Of a stretch of 64,000 nucleotides of DNA, positions 1 through 21,468 are shown one piece after another. The position numbers and the translations under genes were made by a program. Position 1 is the first letter of the stretch. Each line of letters begins with the position of its first letter. The stretch is from Eledone cirrhosa (lineage: Eukaryota): contig OZ024757.1 in the NCBI GenBank assembly GCA_964016885.1, positions 1,674,001-1,738,000 on the forward strand, read 5' to 3'. A model generated the notes under the pieces. That model worked only from the letters and a program-made list of their open reading frames with translations, was not told where the DNA came from and searched no databases.

Positions 1-96
1 GAAATTAAACATTTAACAAGACCGAATCAAGGCACAGACTGGGGTGAGTGGTCAAGTTAACATACAAGCCACAGGTGGCCAGAGTGTTTTTGTAGA

Positions 97-242
97 ATGG
101 AAAGAATAAAATATATTTACATACTCACAACCACATACAAAAACACTTACACACACACATACATATATACTTATATATATATATACACACACATATACAC
201 ATGCGTGTGTGTGTGTGCACACCTACACATTCACACACACAT

Positions 243-297
<55 letters not shown>

Positions 298-714
298 TGT
301 GTGCGCATACACATACACACCCACACACATACATATACACACACACACACATACATACATACACATATATACATATATACACAGGAAAAACACAAACACA
401 CAAATATACACACACACACGCATACACATACACACACATATATATATATATATCTACACGTACACACGCGCGCATACACATACATATACATATATATATA
501 TATACATATATATGCATACATACACATATATATATATATACATATATATACACACCTACAGGTACGTATGTCTCTCTCATGTAAACTATACTATACATAC
601 ATTTGCACACACATACATACACACACACACACAAACACATACATTCACACATATATATACATATATACACATACACACACACATACATATATAATCTTAT
701 ATATATATATATAT

Positions 715-765
<51 letters not shown>

Positions 766-960
766 CATGTATATACATATATATATATATATACATACAT
801 ATACATACACACACACACATATATATACGTATATACATACACACGCATACAAATTTACAAGCAAACACGCATACATACACATACATACATACAAATAAGT
901 ACACAAACGCATATGCACAAACACGCACTCGTTCGCACTCATACATGTGTCTATAATATA
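97..960. repeat. Compound (TA)n/(CA)n microsatellite
   Basis: Direct dinucleotide repeats; ORFs here are HT/IY low-complexity artefacts. Confidence 0.95.
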
Positions 961-1614
961 AAGGTAGTGGGACAAATTTTAAATTTTAAATTTTAAACTG
1001 GGCCTGATAGAGGATTAAAATAATTAATGTCACTATTAAGTTATTAATAGTATCATCAAGTAATTAATTACTATTTATTATTTATTACTTACTATTTACC
1101 ATTCACTATTCGTTACCTATCTTTTATCCTTTATCTATTCAATACCTAATCATTCACTCATAAATTAATAAATAAATAAATGAAAGAGTTAACTAACAAA
1201 CGAACAAACAAACAAGCAGATAAACAAATAAACCAGTAAATAAGCAAATAAATAAACAAGTAAATAAATAAATGGATAAATAAATAAATAAGTAAATAAA
1301 GTAACTAAATAAATAAATAAATAAATAACTAAATAAATATACAAGTTAAATAGATAAATAAATCATGAACGTGTGCGTGCAGCAGTTCATAACTGCACGT
1401 ATGCAAACATGAGCAGGTATATACGTGAATTTGTGTGTGCGGCCACGGAACTTTACTCAGAGGCATACAACACAATATATAAGACCTGGAGGGGAGGAAA
1501 GAAGGTAATAATGAGAGATAGAGGGGAGGAAAGAGGGTAATAATGAGAGATGGAGGGACGGAAATGGGAAGGGGGCTGGGGTGGGGTGGTGATATGAGGG
1601 GGAGGTCAGTCGGG

Positions 1615-2495
1615 GGGCCGGGGGGTCTGTAGTTTTTGTAATTTGCATAGTTCTTGTGCATGCAATTAGGGGAGTGTTCCGAGATCTTGTTGAGGAGAGG
1701 GCCTTTGGCGAATAGAATCTCATAGCTCTCGGAGATACAGAGGTCACAGCAATTATGGCCTCCCGTGTATGATCGCGCTCTCTGGAGTAGTCTCCATTGG
1801 GTCTTGAAGGGGATGGAGTTCCTTTTTAGGTGCCAGATGTGGGCGGCGAGTGTAGTTTGGTTAGATTTGTCTGGGCGCCGGAACGAATGTGTGTGGGCGT
1901 ACCAGCGAGTCTTAAAACTATTAGAAGTCATCCCGATGTACGAGTTTCTTTTTTCATCGGGGCCTGAGAGTACATCGCATATATACACGAGATCTTTTTT
2001 AGACAGTTGTTGTTGAGAGGGCAGGTCGTCTTATCAGGGCAATTGCAGTTGCTATCGGTTGCTGGATGGGCTTCGGAAAAAGTAGACTTATTTAGCTTCT
2101 TGATGTTGTTGTTGGCTAAGTTTCTGGCTAGATTAGGTGTGGTAGAGTAAGAGAGTCTAATGGTATTCTTATTAAGGATAGTATAGTACCTATGTTGGGT
2201 GGGGAAGTGTTTTTGTAAGAGAGTGAAGAAAATTTTAGCTACAGGTGTTGAAACTTCTCGGTTGAAGGGGGGGGGGGTTGTACCAGCTAATGTGCCTTCG
2301 CCTATTCTTCCTGGGTGGGCGTGGGGCTATAGTAAGGTAGGTGATCTTATCTCTGAAGCCGCTGCGGGCCAGGGCCTCGTTGTAATAGGGGGCTGCTGCT
2401 CTAAAGATATCTTCATTGGCGGCGAGGCTAGATATCCTAATGGAGACACTTTTTACTAGGTTGTCTAATATATTTTTGGGGTGGTTAGAATTAAA
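1615..2495 (-). mobile_element. Penelope-like element 3' fragment (RT thumb + GIY-YIG endonuclease), frameshifted
   Basis: Minus strand translates to SNHPKNILDNL..., WYNPP(F)N, NCNCP..CPLNNNCL, YIGMTSNSFKTRW..H..SF, CDLCISE..ILF...LLNK, typical of PLE C-termini. Confidence 0.9.
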
Positions 2496-3090
2496 ATTAT
2501 AGGTTAACTACATTTAAATTAAATTATATATTAATTTCTAAAATATATATTATTAATTAGGTTTATAATATTTAAATGTTTTTCTCAGTTTATGATTACA
2601 CGATATAATTAATTCCTGTCGCTTATTTAATAGGATATCCTTAGATTTCATTATTTCAAATAGTTCTTGGGAACACAATCTACATTCATTTCTATTATTT
2701 TGATAAGGGGTGGCTCTTTTGAGCACACTCCAGGTCATATCATATTCTATATTCTTATTTCTATAACTATTAATTTTTTCTGCTAGAGATGTTGTATTAG
2801 CCAGTGCGGCATTTTTAAAACTATGTTTGCGGGTATTAAACCTTACCTTAAAATTGTTAGAAGTAGCTCCTATATATGAGCAAATAGAATCTTTAGTTTT
2901 AACTTTACATTTATAAACTATGTCGTTAACAAGACAATTTCCTTTTAATGGGCAGTTTGCTTTGTTTCTACAGTTACAACCTTTCGTTAATTCTGTATTT
3001 GAGGAGATATTATGGTTAGTTTGATGTATTGGTGGTATACTTATGGTTTTTTTACATTTATATGCATTATAGGCACTTATATTTTGTTTT
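2490..3090 (-). mobile_element. Second, AT-rich Penelope-like GIY-YIG fragment (inverted 5' part of the element continuing at 3128-5820)
   Basis: GCNCRNKANCPLKGNCL..VYKC..YIGATSNNFKVRF..CRLCSQE..LLNKRQELIISCNHKLRKTFKYYKPN, with one internal stop. Confidence 0.88.
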
Positions 3091-3127
3091 ATGTATTAAA
3101 ACAAAATATAAGTGCCTATAATGCATA

Positions 3128-3950
3128 TAATGTAGTTAACCTATAATTTTAATTTAATTAAAATTCTACTACAGATGAGATTAAAAAATATTGTGTAATC
3201 ATAAATTGTGAAAAACTTTTAAATATTATTAACATAATTAATATATACTTTGGAAATTAATTTATAGATTAATTTTAGTTTATTTAACCTTTTATTAAAA
3301 TTCCTTTACAGATGAAATATAACAAAATATCGTGTAATCAATAACAGAGAAATACTTTTTAATATTATAAACCTAATTAATGTACAATTTAGAAATTAAT
3401 TTATAAATTAATTTTAATTTAGTTAACCTATAATTTTAATTTAGTTAGCTTAAAATTAAAATTCTAATACAGATGGATTGCAGAATATCATGTAATCATA
3501 AACTGAGAAAAACTTTTAAATATATACCTAATTAATATATTCTTTACAAATAAATATATAGATTAATTTTAATTTTTGTTAACCTATAATTATATTCTAC
3601 TATAGATAAAATACAAAATCTGCTTTAATTATTATAAACCTAATTAACATATACTATAGAAATTAATATATAATTTTTAGTTTAGTTAACCTATAATTAA
3701 TATTCTACTACCGATGAAATACTTGATTTGGCTTTCCCTATTACTAAATTCATTTCCTAAAATTGATACCATAATGTTAATATTTTTAATTTAGTTATGC
3801 TATAATTAATATTCTACTACTGTTTAACTTCAAAATTCCGCTTTAAATATTATAAACCTAAGTAGTATACACCTTAGAAATCAATATATTAACTATTTTT
3901 ACTTTAGTTAACCTATAATTAATAGTCTACTTATATTAAAATGCATAATT
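3128..3950 (+). repeat. Degenerate tandem repeat (about 140 bp unit, 5-6 copies) derived from the PLE ORF end/3' UTR
   Basis: Recurring tgtaatcataaa..aaatattataaacctaattaa..gttaacctataatt; matches the reverse complement of 2490-2600. Confidence 0.75.
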
Positions 3951-4109
3951 TTGCCTTCTTTCTTACATTTCCTAATACTGAAACTACTATGTAAACACAT
4001 ATTATGATCTAAATGCAGATTAATATTCTATGTTCCTTGAAACCTATATTTACTATTTCCCACTAATAATTTTTATCCCCTCCCCACCCACCCCTATAAT
4101 TATTCGTAT

Positions 4110-4215
4110 TTGTAAGCGTGGATGTATGTATGTGTATGTAAGTATGTATGTATGTTTGTGTGTTTGTATGTGAGTATAAAAATACATATGTGCGCATGTA
4201 AATAAGTGTGTATGA

Positions 4216-4271
<56 letters not shown>

Positions 4272-4778
4272 GTGTGTGTATGTATGTGTATGTATATATA
4301 TTTGTAGAGATGTGTGTATGTATGTGCATAATTGTCTGACTGTGTGTATTTATTTATTTATTTTATATATATATATATATATGTGTGTGTATGTATATGT
4401 GTGTATATATATTTATATGTATGTATATATCTATATATATATATGTGTGTATGTATATCTCTATATTTATGTATGTCTGAGTTGTGTGTGAGCGTGTGGT
4501 TGTATGTGTATATATATACATGGATATATGTGTGTGTATGTATATATACGTATATGTATGTGTGTGTGTGTATATATATGTGTGTGTATATATATATGTG
4601 TGTGTGTATATATATATGTATATATATGTGTGTATATATATATGTATGTGTATGTATGTGTGTATGTGTGTGTACATATATGTGTATATATATGTGTTGT
4701 GAGTATATGTGTATATATATGTGTGTGTATGTGTATGTGTATGTTTATATATATATGTATGTATATGTCTATATATAA

Positions 4779-4866
<88 letters not shown>

Positions 4867-5097
4867 CGGTGTGTATTTTATGTATGAGTATATGTTTTAC
4901 TTGTTTATTTCTTTTAATATATTTCTTTTTATTTCTAAATTTATAGATACATTTTTATAAATAGGCTGTGTCTGACACCCTCTGTAATTACTGACTCCCT
5001 TACCTATTTTTAGTTCTGCATCTAGATGTAAGTATATGTGGCAGTGTTTATGTGTGCGCCTCAATATCCATATAGTTATAATAATAATATATACGTA

Positions 5098-5136
<39 letters not shown>

Positions 5137-5240
5137 TCGTGGGTATGTGTATGTTTATGTGTATATGCGTGTGTGTGTATGAATGTATGTATATGTGTGT
5201 ATATATGAGTGTATATATGTATGTATACGTATGTGTATTT
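4110..5240. repeat. Compound (TA)n/(TG)n microsatellite
   Basis: Direct observation. Confidence 0.95.
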
Positions 5241-5501
5241 TGTCTGTGGATTATAAACATACAGAGACATTAGCCCTGAATTTTTGTATTTACATACATT
5301 TTTTCGACATGCGTATGCATGTGAACATACATTTTTATGCATATCTGTGAACGAAGTTACTTACATATATACACACACCTAACTGTATTTTCTTGATATA
5401 TTTTTATGTTGATATATTTTTATGTATTTCATTGGTCTATTTAAAATCTGTTCCCAAACAGACCTGTAATTTTAAATTGTTGTTATTATCAATAAATATA
5501 T

Positions 5502-5653
5502 TTCATTATTTCTGAAGACGGCATATGTATGTGTTGGTATGTATATTCTATTTGATAGTTTGTATAATTTCGTATAATTTTGTACATAGATCTTTTGAAT
5601 ATGCATGCCAATTCTAACACATATATGTCCTAGAAACGATCGTTAAATAATGA
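5502..5653 (+). ncRNA. Type I hammerhead ribozyme, long stem II (family A)
   Basis: Stem I ttcattattt/aaataatgaa; CTGAAGA at 5512; about 114-nt stem II domain; GAAA at 5633; palindromic stem III ACGATCGT; GUU site. Confidence 0.8.
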
Positions 5654-5849
5654 ACTTTTTTTGTTTAATATAAGGAACTGTTTCATTATTTTATTCATTA
5701 TTTTTTTTATATTTTATCTTGACTCTGTATTCCGTTTATCTTTCACCGAAAGTGATTTTTGAATGCATCTCTTCTTTCTATGATATCCGGATTACATTGA
5801 GTTCTTCATACGGATTGGACACTATGGTAAACTTTTGGTAGATTTATCT

Positions 5850-8072
<2,223 letters not shown>

Positions 8073-9610
8073 TCACTGGATGCTGGATATGTGCCAGAAA
8101 ACCTTCTATCCCAGTCTGTTGTCCCAGTTTTCAAAAAGGGAAACAAATCCCTTGCCGTGAATTACCGTCCAATCTCACTCACCTCTCATATCATTAAGGT
8201 ATTTGAGCGAGTGGTGAGATCGCGAATGACCCACTTCCTTGAGAGTAACAATATGCTGAACTCCAACCAGCATGGATTCCGTAATGGAAGGGATTGCCTG
8301 ACGCAGCTACTGCATCACTTTGATGACATTTTGAGAGCCTTGGGAGAGGGTTCCAACACTGATGTTATCTACCTTGATTTCAGCAAGGCCTTTGACAGGG
8401 TTGATCATAACATTCTACTGAGAAAGCTGTCCAATATTGGTGTCACTGGAAAGCTGCTGCAGTGGATCAAGAGCTTCCTGTCAAACAGAACCCAACATGT
8501 TGTAGTTGAGGGAGTCAAATCAAGCCCAGCCAAAGTCAGTAGTGGGGTCCCACAAGGCACTGTGTTGGGCCCACTTCTCTTCATCATCTATATTAATGAC
8601 ATCACTGACATCATCAAACACAGCAACATTAAAATTTTCGCTGATGATTCCAAGCTCCAAAAGGTCATCAATGGCGTGGATGACCGGATAAGCCTTCAGT
8701 CAGACCTACTGGCTGTTACCCAATGGGCGGAAAAGAACAACATGTTACTGAACGAAGACAAATTCAAACTGATCCACTTTGGAAAAGAGGATGCTCTGAA
8801 ACTCCCGTACTCCCTTCCCTCCGGGGAAACTCTCGTGGCATCTAACAACATCAGAGACTTGGGAGTAACCGTGGACAGCAACATAAGCTGGACCACGCAT
8901 ATAAGCAGCAAAGTTGACATGGCCCGCAGAATGTGTTCCTGGATCCTCAGAACCTTCCAGTCGAGAGATTCCCGCACCATTATCCTTCTCTTCTCTACTT
9001 TCGCCCGACCACACCTTGAATACTGTTGTCCACTGTGGTCTCCCCACACGAAACAAAGTATCATGAAACTTGAAGCTCCTCAAAGGGCAATCACGAAAAA
9101 GATAGATGGCATGTCAGACCTTGACTACTGGGGTCGATTAGAAAACCTGAAACTTTACTCACTCCAACGTCGCCGTGAGCGTTATATTATCTGCATGATG
9201 TGGAAAATGTTCCATCATCACTGCCCAAATGATGTTGGCATCGCCTTCAAGATACACCCAAGGTTTGGGCCCCGTGCTATCCGTCCCATTCAAAAATCTA
9301 AATCGCAACTCATAACAACAATACGGCACAATTATTTCACCTCAATCGGCCCTGCTCTCTTCAACATCACACCAGGACACGTCAAAACAGAAACTGACCA
9401 CACAAAATTCAAGAAGTCTTTGGACAAATTCCTCTAAGTAATCCCGGACAAACCACCCACACCCGGATATGTCTCCGCAAACAGTAATTCTCTTCACGAA
9501 TGGGCCATGGTGCCCAAATCCTGAATTGAAAGACTTCGCCAGGTGGTGCTATTAAGTTAGACATGGCCTGGGCCAATACTGGCCAAAACATTTCAAAGTT
9601 ATTCAAAGTT
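8073..9610 (+). mobile_element. CR1-group LINE, 5'-truncated RT and 3' end (family 1)
   Basis: [45 protein letters not shown] motifs; premature stop at 9435; ends in (ttcaaagtta)2. Confidence 0.93.
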
Positions 9611-9792
9611 ATATATACATATATATATACATATGCATACAGGTACACATACATATATGCACGTATCAGTTTAGCGGACGCTTATTATAACGCCGGCCGC
9701 TTTGTTCGTTTGTAAACAAACTGAACAGCCTGAATTTATGCCATACGGTGTTAAGGCAACCACGTCACCTTTTTGTTCAACACTGACACAGG

Positions 9793-9837
9793 AACGATGT
9801 ACTAGTTTCAAGCTTGTTAGCTATCATCAGCACCGTT
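9793..9837 (-). ncRNA. Minimal type I hammerhead ribozyme (family B)
   Basis: Minus strand: aacggtg CTGATGA t-agct aaca agct-t GAAA ctag TA catcgtt; GUA site; palindromic stem III ACTAGT. Confidence 0.85.
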
Positions 9838-9956
9838 TACCCATCTGCCAGATAGTTGAACGTTCGAAAGTATATACTTTCCTTATGAAAATTAACGGCT
9901 GAGCAGCCTAATTTGCATATTTTCATATATATATATACATATATATATATACATAC

Positions 9957-9987
<31 letters not shown>

Positions 9988-10130
9988 CATATATATATAT
10001 ACATATATATATATACATACATATATATATATACATATATATACATACATATATATATATATATATACATATATATATACATATATATATATACATATAT
10101 ATATATACATATATATATATAATATATATA

Positions 10131-10330
10131 NNNNNNNNNNNNNNNNNNNNNNNNNNNNNNNNNNNNNNNNNNNNNNNNNNNNNNNNNNNNNNNNNNNNNN
10201 NNNNNNNNNNNNNNNNNNNNNNNNNNNNNNNNNNNNNNNNNNNNNNNNNNNNNNNNNNNNNNNNNNNNNNNNNNNNNNNNNNNNNNNNNNNNNNNNNNNN
10301 NNNNNNNNNNNNNNNNNNNNNNNNNNNNNN
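10131..10330. other. Assembly gap (200 N)
   Basis: Run of n. Confidence 1.
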
Positions 10331-11560
<1,230 letters not shown>

Positions 11561-11566
11561 GTATAT

Positions 11567-11871
<305 letters not shown>

Positions 11872-11968
11872 GTATATGTATGTATATATATATATATATG
11901 TATATATATATGTATATATATGTATGTATATATATGTATATGTATGTATATATACACATATATATACC

Positions 11969-12030
<62 letters not shown>

Positions 12031-12081
12031 CATATATATATAAAGTTATGTTCGTACCACAACAAATTAAAAATTAGAATT

Positions 12082-13365
<1,284 letters not shown>

Positions 13366-13423
13366 TTTCTATATATATATATATAAATGAAAGGTATATA
13401 CATATATATATACATATATATAG

Positions 13424-13462
<39 letters not shown>

Positions 13463-13471
13463 CATATATGT

Positions 13472-13748
13472 AAGGAACACTTTTGAGTTATTTATGCCCT
13501 TGAGAACCCCATCCAGGTGAAACGTACGTAGGTGATGTTTTAAATAAAGATGTATTAACGATCTGTTCTCCGATTTCTTATTTTCCCACGTGCTTACGCT
13601 TTGCTAACTCTCTCGTCCACTAGATATTAACACTTCTAATATTTAACACTGCCGGCACTAGTATTGAGCACCCTCAACATACGCTATTTGACAAATAACT
13701 ACATGTATCACCTATCCCTCCATTTCTCTCTCTCGATACGTAAATACT
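13472..13748 (+). mobile_element. HHR-bearing terminus (family E), U3-A8 core, stem II decayed
   Basis: tgccc TTGAGAA ... GAAA cgtacg TA ggtg, then aataaa; homologous to 20286-20543 (-) and 20702-20818 (+). Confidence 0.75.
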
Positions 13749-13788
13749 CTCTCTCTATAAATATATATATACTTATATATATAAATAC

Positions 13789-13831
<43 letters not shown>

Positions 13832-13958
13832 TATACATATATATATACATTACATATATATACATATATATATACATATATATACATATATATATACATT
13901 ACATATATATACATATATATATACATTACATATATATATACATATATATATACATTAC

Positions 13959-13989
<31 letters not shown>

Positions 13990-14077
13990 CATACATATAT
14001 ATACATATATATATATACATACATACATATATATACATATATATATACATTACATATATATACATACATATATATAC

Positions 14078-14114
<37 letters not shown>

Positions 14115-14377
14115 CATATATACATATATATACATACATATATATACATATATATATATATACATATATATACATATATATATATACATATATATATATA
14201 TACATATATATACATATATATATATATACATATATATACATATGTACATACATATACATACATATATATACATATATATACATATGTACATACATATATA
14301 TATATACATATATATACATATGTACATACATATGTACATACATATATATATATACATATATATACATATGTACATAC

Positions 14378-14410
<33 letters not shown>

Positions 14411-14494
14411 CATATATATACATATATATATACATTACATATATATACATATATATATACATTACATATATATATACATATATATATACATTAC

Positions 14495-14530
<36 letters not shown>

Positions 14531-14842
14531 ATACATACATATATATACATATATATATATACATACATACATATATATACATATATATATACATTACATA
14601 TATATACATACATAATATACATAATATATACATACATATACATACATATATATACATATATACATATATAACATACATATATATACATATATATATATAT
14701 ACATATATATACATATGTACATATATATACATACATATATATACATATATATACATATGTACATACATATATATATATACATATATATACATATGTACAT
14801 ACATATATATATATATATACATATATATACATATGTACATAC

Positions 14843-14873
<31 letters not shown>

Positions 14874-14984
14874 CATATATTTTTATGGAACGATCGACTT
14901 TCGTCAAATCGGACCGAGGGAGCAATGTTTCCGTTGGTCTTTCCAATTGCTAATACTATCTATCGGTCGCAACTCCAGGTAGAA

Positions 14985-15094
14985 GGAGCAACGTGAAATA
15001 AAGTGTCTTGCTCAAGGACATAACGCATCGCCTCAGGAATCGAACTCACAACCTTACGATTGCGAATCAATCTCTAACCACTCAGCCACACGCC
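14985..15094 (-). mobile_element. tRNA-derived SINE head
   Basis: Minus strand A box tggctgagtgg and B box gttcgattcc, followed by ccttgagcaagacactttatttcac; shared with 44700-44839 and 63772-63965. Confidence 0.8.
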
Positions 15095-15097
15095 CTT

Positions 15098-15145
<48 letters not shown>

Positions 15146-15300
15146 CATACATACATTACATATATATATGCATATATATATATATGTACATACATATATA
15201 TATATATGTACATACATATATATATATATATGTACATACATATATATATATATATGTACATACATATATATATATGTACATATATATATATATATGTACA

Positions 15301-15337
<37 letters not shown>

Positions 15338-15394
15338 GTACATATATATATATATATATATGTACATATATATATATATATGTACATACATATG

Positions 15395-16307
<913 letters not shown>

Positions 16308-16310
<3 letters not shown>

Positions 16311-16575
16311 ACATATGGTCCTTGAAAGACAAAAATATTAAATATAACATCTCTTGGAAAAAGGTTTCCTCTGCTTCTGCATACTTGAACAGTTCTCCAT
16401 CTAAGACTTGCAATCTCTGTCTAAATGAAAAATTTACCATTATTTCTAATTTAGATTCTATAATAAATAGACGCACTGACTTTTTTCTATCTGCTTGCAT
16501 AAATTCCACAGAACTTTCCATAAAGTATACAGCTAATATGATAAACTTTATCAATTCAGAATCCTTTTCTCAAAG
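16308..16575 (+). mobile_element. Penelope-like GIY-YIG C-terminal fragment
   Basis: HIWSLKDKNIKYNISWKKV...CNLCLNEKFTII....INRR; its 3' UTR probably continues at 17135-18175. Confidence 0.8.
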
Positions 16576-16576
16576 G

Positions 16577-16685
<109 letters not shown>

Positions 16686-16725
16686 GTAAATATACACGGG
16701 TGTGTATGATTGTGTATAGAAGATT

Positions 16726-17113
16726 ATATTAATAAGAGGAATTCCAACTTTGTCTGATTTACTCGTTTTATTTACAATCCTTTAAAATATATAATGGTAT
16801 TATAATGAAATAGTATGATAGAATATTAAATTCAAAGTGTTAATTGAACAAGTACTTTCAAGCTTTCGCAATCTTCAGGTTCATAATATGTGGTGACAGT
16901 CGAGTTTGCAATTTTCACAGTTGAAAATTGCAAACTCGACTGTCACCACATATTATGAACCTGAAGATTGCGAAAGCATGAAAGTACTTGTTCAATTAAC
17001 ACTTTGAATTTAATATTCTATCATACTATTTCATTATAATACCATTATATATTTTAAAGGATTGTAAATAAAACGAGTAAATCAGACAAAGTTGGAATTC
17101 CTCTTATTAATAT
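16726..17113. repeat. Near-perfect palindrome (about 190 bp arms, 4-nt loop at 16918-16921), one HHR per arm
   Basis: Arms are reverse complements; one mismatch seen, in HHR stem II. Confidence 0.95.
16956..16994 (+). ncRNA. Minimal hammerhead ribozyme (family G); mirror copy at 16845-16883 (-)
   Basis: tgaac CTGAAGA t-tgc gaaa gca-t GAAA gtac TT gttca; palindromic stem III AGTACT; CUU site. Confidence 0.8.
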
Positions 17114-17447
17114 ATATATATATATATATATATACTTCTTTAAAAATATACCCATCTTTCTACCTTATTTCAAAGTTATTTATTATATTTATTATATTCT
17201 ACATCACTCCTAATTTCTAACCCCTAATCTGTACCTTTTCTCACTGTGCCTAACATAGAAACAATTATTACACAATACACCATATTCTTACCTCATATCA
17301 CCTTGAAAAAATCCTTCGTAAACATAAACATTTTTTTGACGTTAGATTATTCATCCTCTATTCATTATTTTTTTCTCCCTTTCATCTAACTTATTCATGC
17401 TCATCTCACAATATATCCTTATTTACATTACTTGTTGCTCTTTTTAA

Positions 17448-17622
17448 TAATACATATCAACATTTTCTTTCCATCGCACATATTATTAAACCCTTAAATA
17501 TTATTCTTAATACATATTAACTTTTTCTTTCCATCGCACATATTATTAAACCCTTAAATATTATTCTTAATACATATTAACATTTTCTTTTCATCGCACA
17601 TATTATTAAACCCTTCAATATA
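17448..17622 (+). repeat. 60-bp tandem repeat, about 3 copies
   Basis: ttttctttccatcgcacatattattaaaccctt recurs at exact 60-bp spacing. Confidence 0.9.
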
Positions 17623-17979
17623 CAAACCTTAACTTTACATTATTTTTTTCTCTTCGTTAATTTTCAAATTCTTTTAATTTATACATTATCTTCCAACGGT
17701 TTTCAACCTCTCTATGTAAAACAATATATTTCTCTCAGTTATAAAAGCTATCTCTCTCTCTCTATCACCCATCTCTCCTCCTATCTCATCCTTCGTCATT
17801 ATACTCCTCCCTCTCCACTTTTTACTCTCATCTCCTCCTCTTTTTCATCCTTTCCACCCCACCCCCTCAAAATAAAATATTTTTTCCCAATATCACACAT
17901 CAATCTAAACTACTTTTCATATGTTGATTTAAAACTGCACTATCCACAAGTGTTTTTTAACCTTCATATCATGTCTTCC

Positions 17980-18049
17980 TGTTTTATCTGATGAAAACAC
18001 AATATTATTGCATGATGATATTTGTTTTTGAAATGCGCATAATAAAATA
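17980..18049 (+). ncRNA. Type I hammerhead ribozyme (family H)
   Basis: tgttttat CTGATGA aaaca..tgtttt GAAA tgcgca TA ataaaata; palindromic stem III ATGCGCAT; AUA site. Confidence 0.85.
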
Positions 18050-18174
18050 CATGGAACTCATTTAACCATCTTTTGATCTTATATATTATGTATACTCCAG
18101 TCCTACAAACTGTAGAGTGCTTCTTATCCGATATCTGCATTGCTTTATTGTATTACAATAAAACTCATCTCCTA

Positions 18175-20285
<2,111 letters not shown>

Positions 20286-20500
20286 GTATTTACGTATCGA
20301 GAAAGAGAAAAAAGGGGAGGATAGGTGATACATGTAGTTATTTGCCAAGTAGCGTATGCCAAAGGTGCTCGATACTAGTGCCGGCAGTATTAAATATTCG
20401 AAGTGTTAATATTTAGTGGGCTAGAGAGTTAGCAGAGCGTAAGCACGTGGAAAGTAAAAAATCGGAGAATAGACCGTTAAAACATGTTTATTTAAAATAT

Positions 20501-20540
20501 CACCTACGTACGTTTCGCCCAGTTGGGCTTCTCAAGGGCA
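20501..20540 (-). ncRNA. Hammerhead ribozyme, U3-A8 variant (family E); inverted sister at 20723-20762 (+)
   Basis: tgccc TTGAGAA gccc aact gggc GAAA cgtacg TA ggtg; stem I weak. Confidence 0.7.
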
Positions 20541-21004
20541 TAAAAACAGATGCGGCAAAAAAAAAAAATTGTCCGGGAAAGACTGCCCTAACACCGGCCG
20601 GAGTTACCTCCCTTGACCTGCTGCAAATCAACACAAGCTATTTTTGCGAGCAATGAACCTTGATGTGGATTTAACCCCCAAAACTCTTTCCGAGCAATAT
20701 AAGGAACACTTTTCATTATTTATGCCCTTGCGAAGCCCAACTGGGCGAAACGTACGTAGGTGCTGTTTTAAATAAACATGTTTTAACGGTCTATTCTCCG
20801 ATTTTTTACTTTCCACGTACATATATATATATATATATACATATCTATATATATATATATACATATCTATATATATACATATATATAGAGATATATATAT
20901 ACATATATATATATATATACCTATACCTATATATATATATATACATATATATATATACACATATATATATATATACACACATATATATATATATATATAT
21001 ACAC

Positions 21005-21037
<33 letters not shown>

Positions 21038-21184
21038 TATATATATATATATACACATATATATATATATATATATACACATATATATATATATATATAT
21101 AACAACATATATATATACACATATATATATATATATATATACACATATATATATATATATATATACACATATATATATATATAT

Positions 21185-21257
<73 letters not shown>

Positions 21258-21317
21258 AAGTATTAAAAAAATAATGAATAAAACAATGAAACAGTTCCTT
21301 ATATTAAACAAAAAAAG

Positions 21318-21468
21318 TTCATTATTTAACGATCGTTTCTAGGACATATATGTGTTAGAATTGGTATGCATATTCAACAGATCTATGTACAAAATTATAC
21401 AAAATTATACAAATTAATCAAATATAATATACATACCAACACATACATATGCGTCTTCAGAAATAATG
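21318..21468 (-). ncRNA. Hammerhead ribozyme, long stem II (family A, second copy)
   Basis: Reverse complement of 5502-5653; followed by an inverted partial copy at 21476-21520. Confidence 0.78.

Noticed and set aside
14882-14975. Structured island with minus-strand GAAAgtcgaTC
   Set aside because: No CUGANGA strand (possibly cut by the adjacent SINE) and stem III does not pair.
14985-15094. tRNA gene (also 44700-44839 and 41254-41345)
   Set aside because: A/B boxes present but no complete cloverleaf, and the sequence continues into a repeated SINE body.
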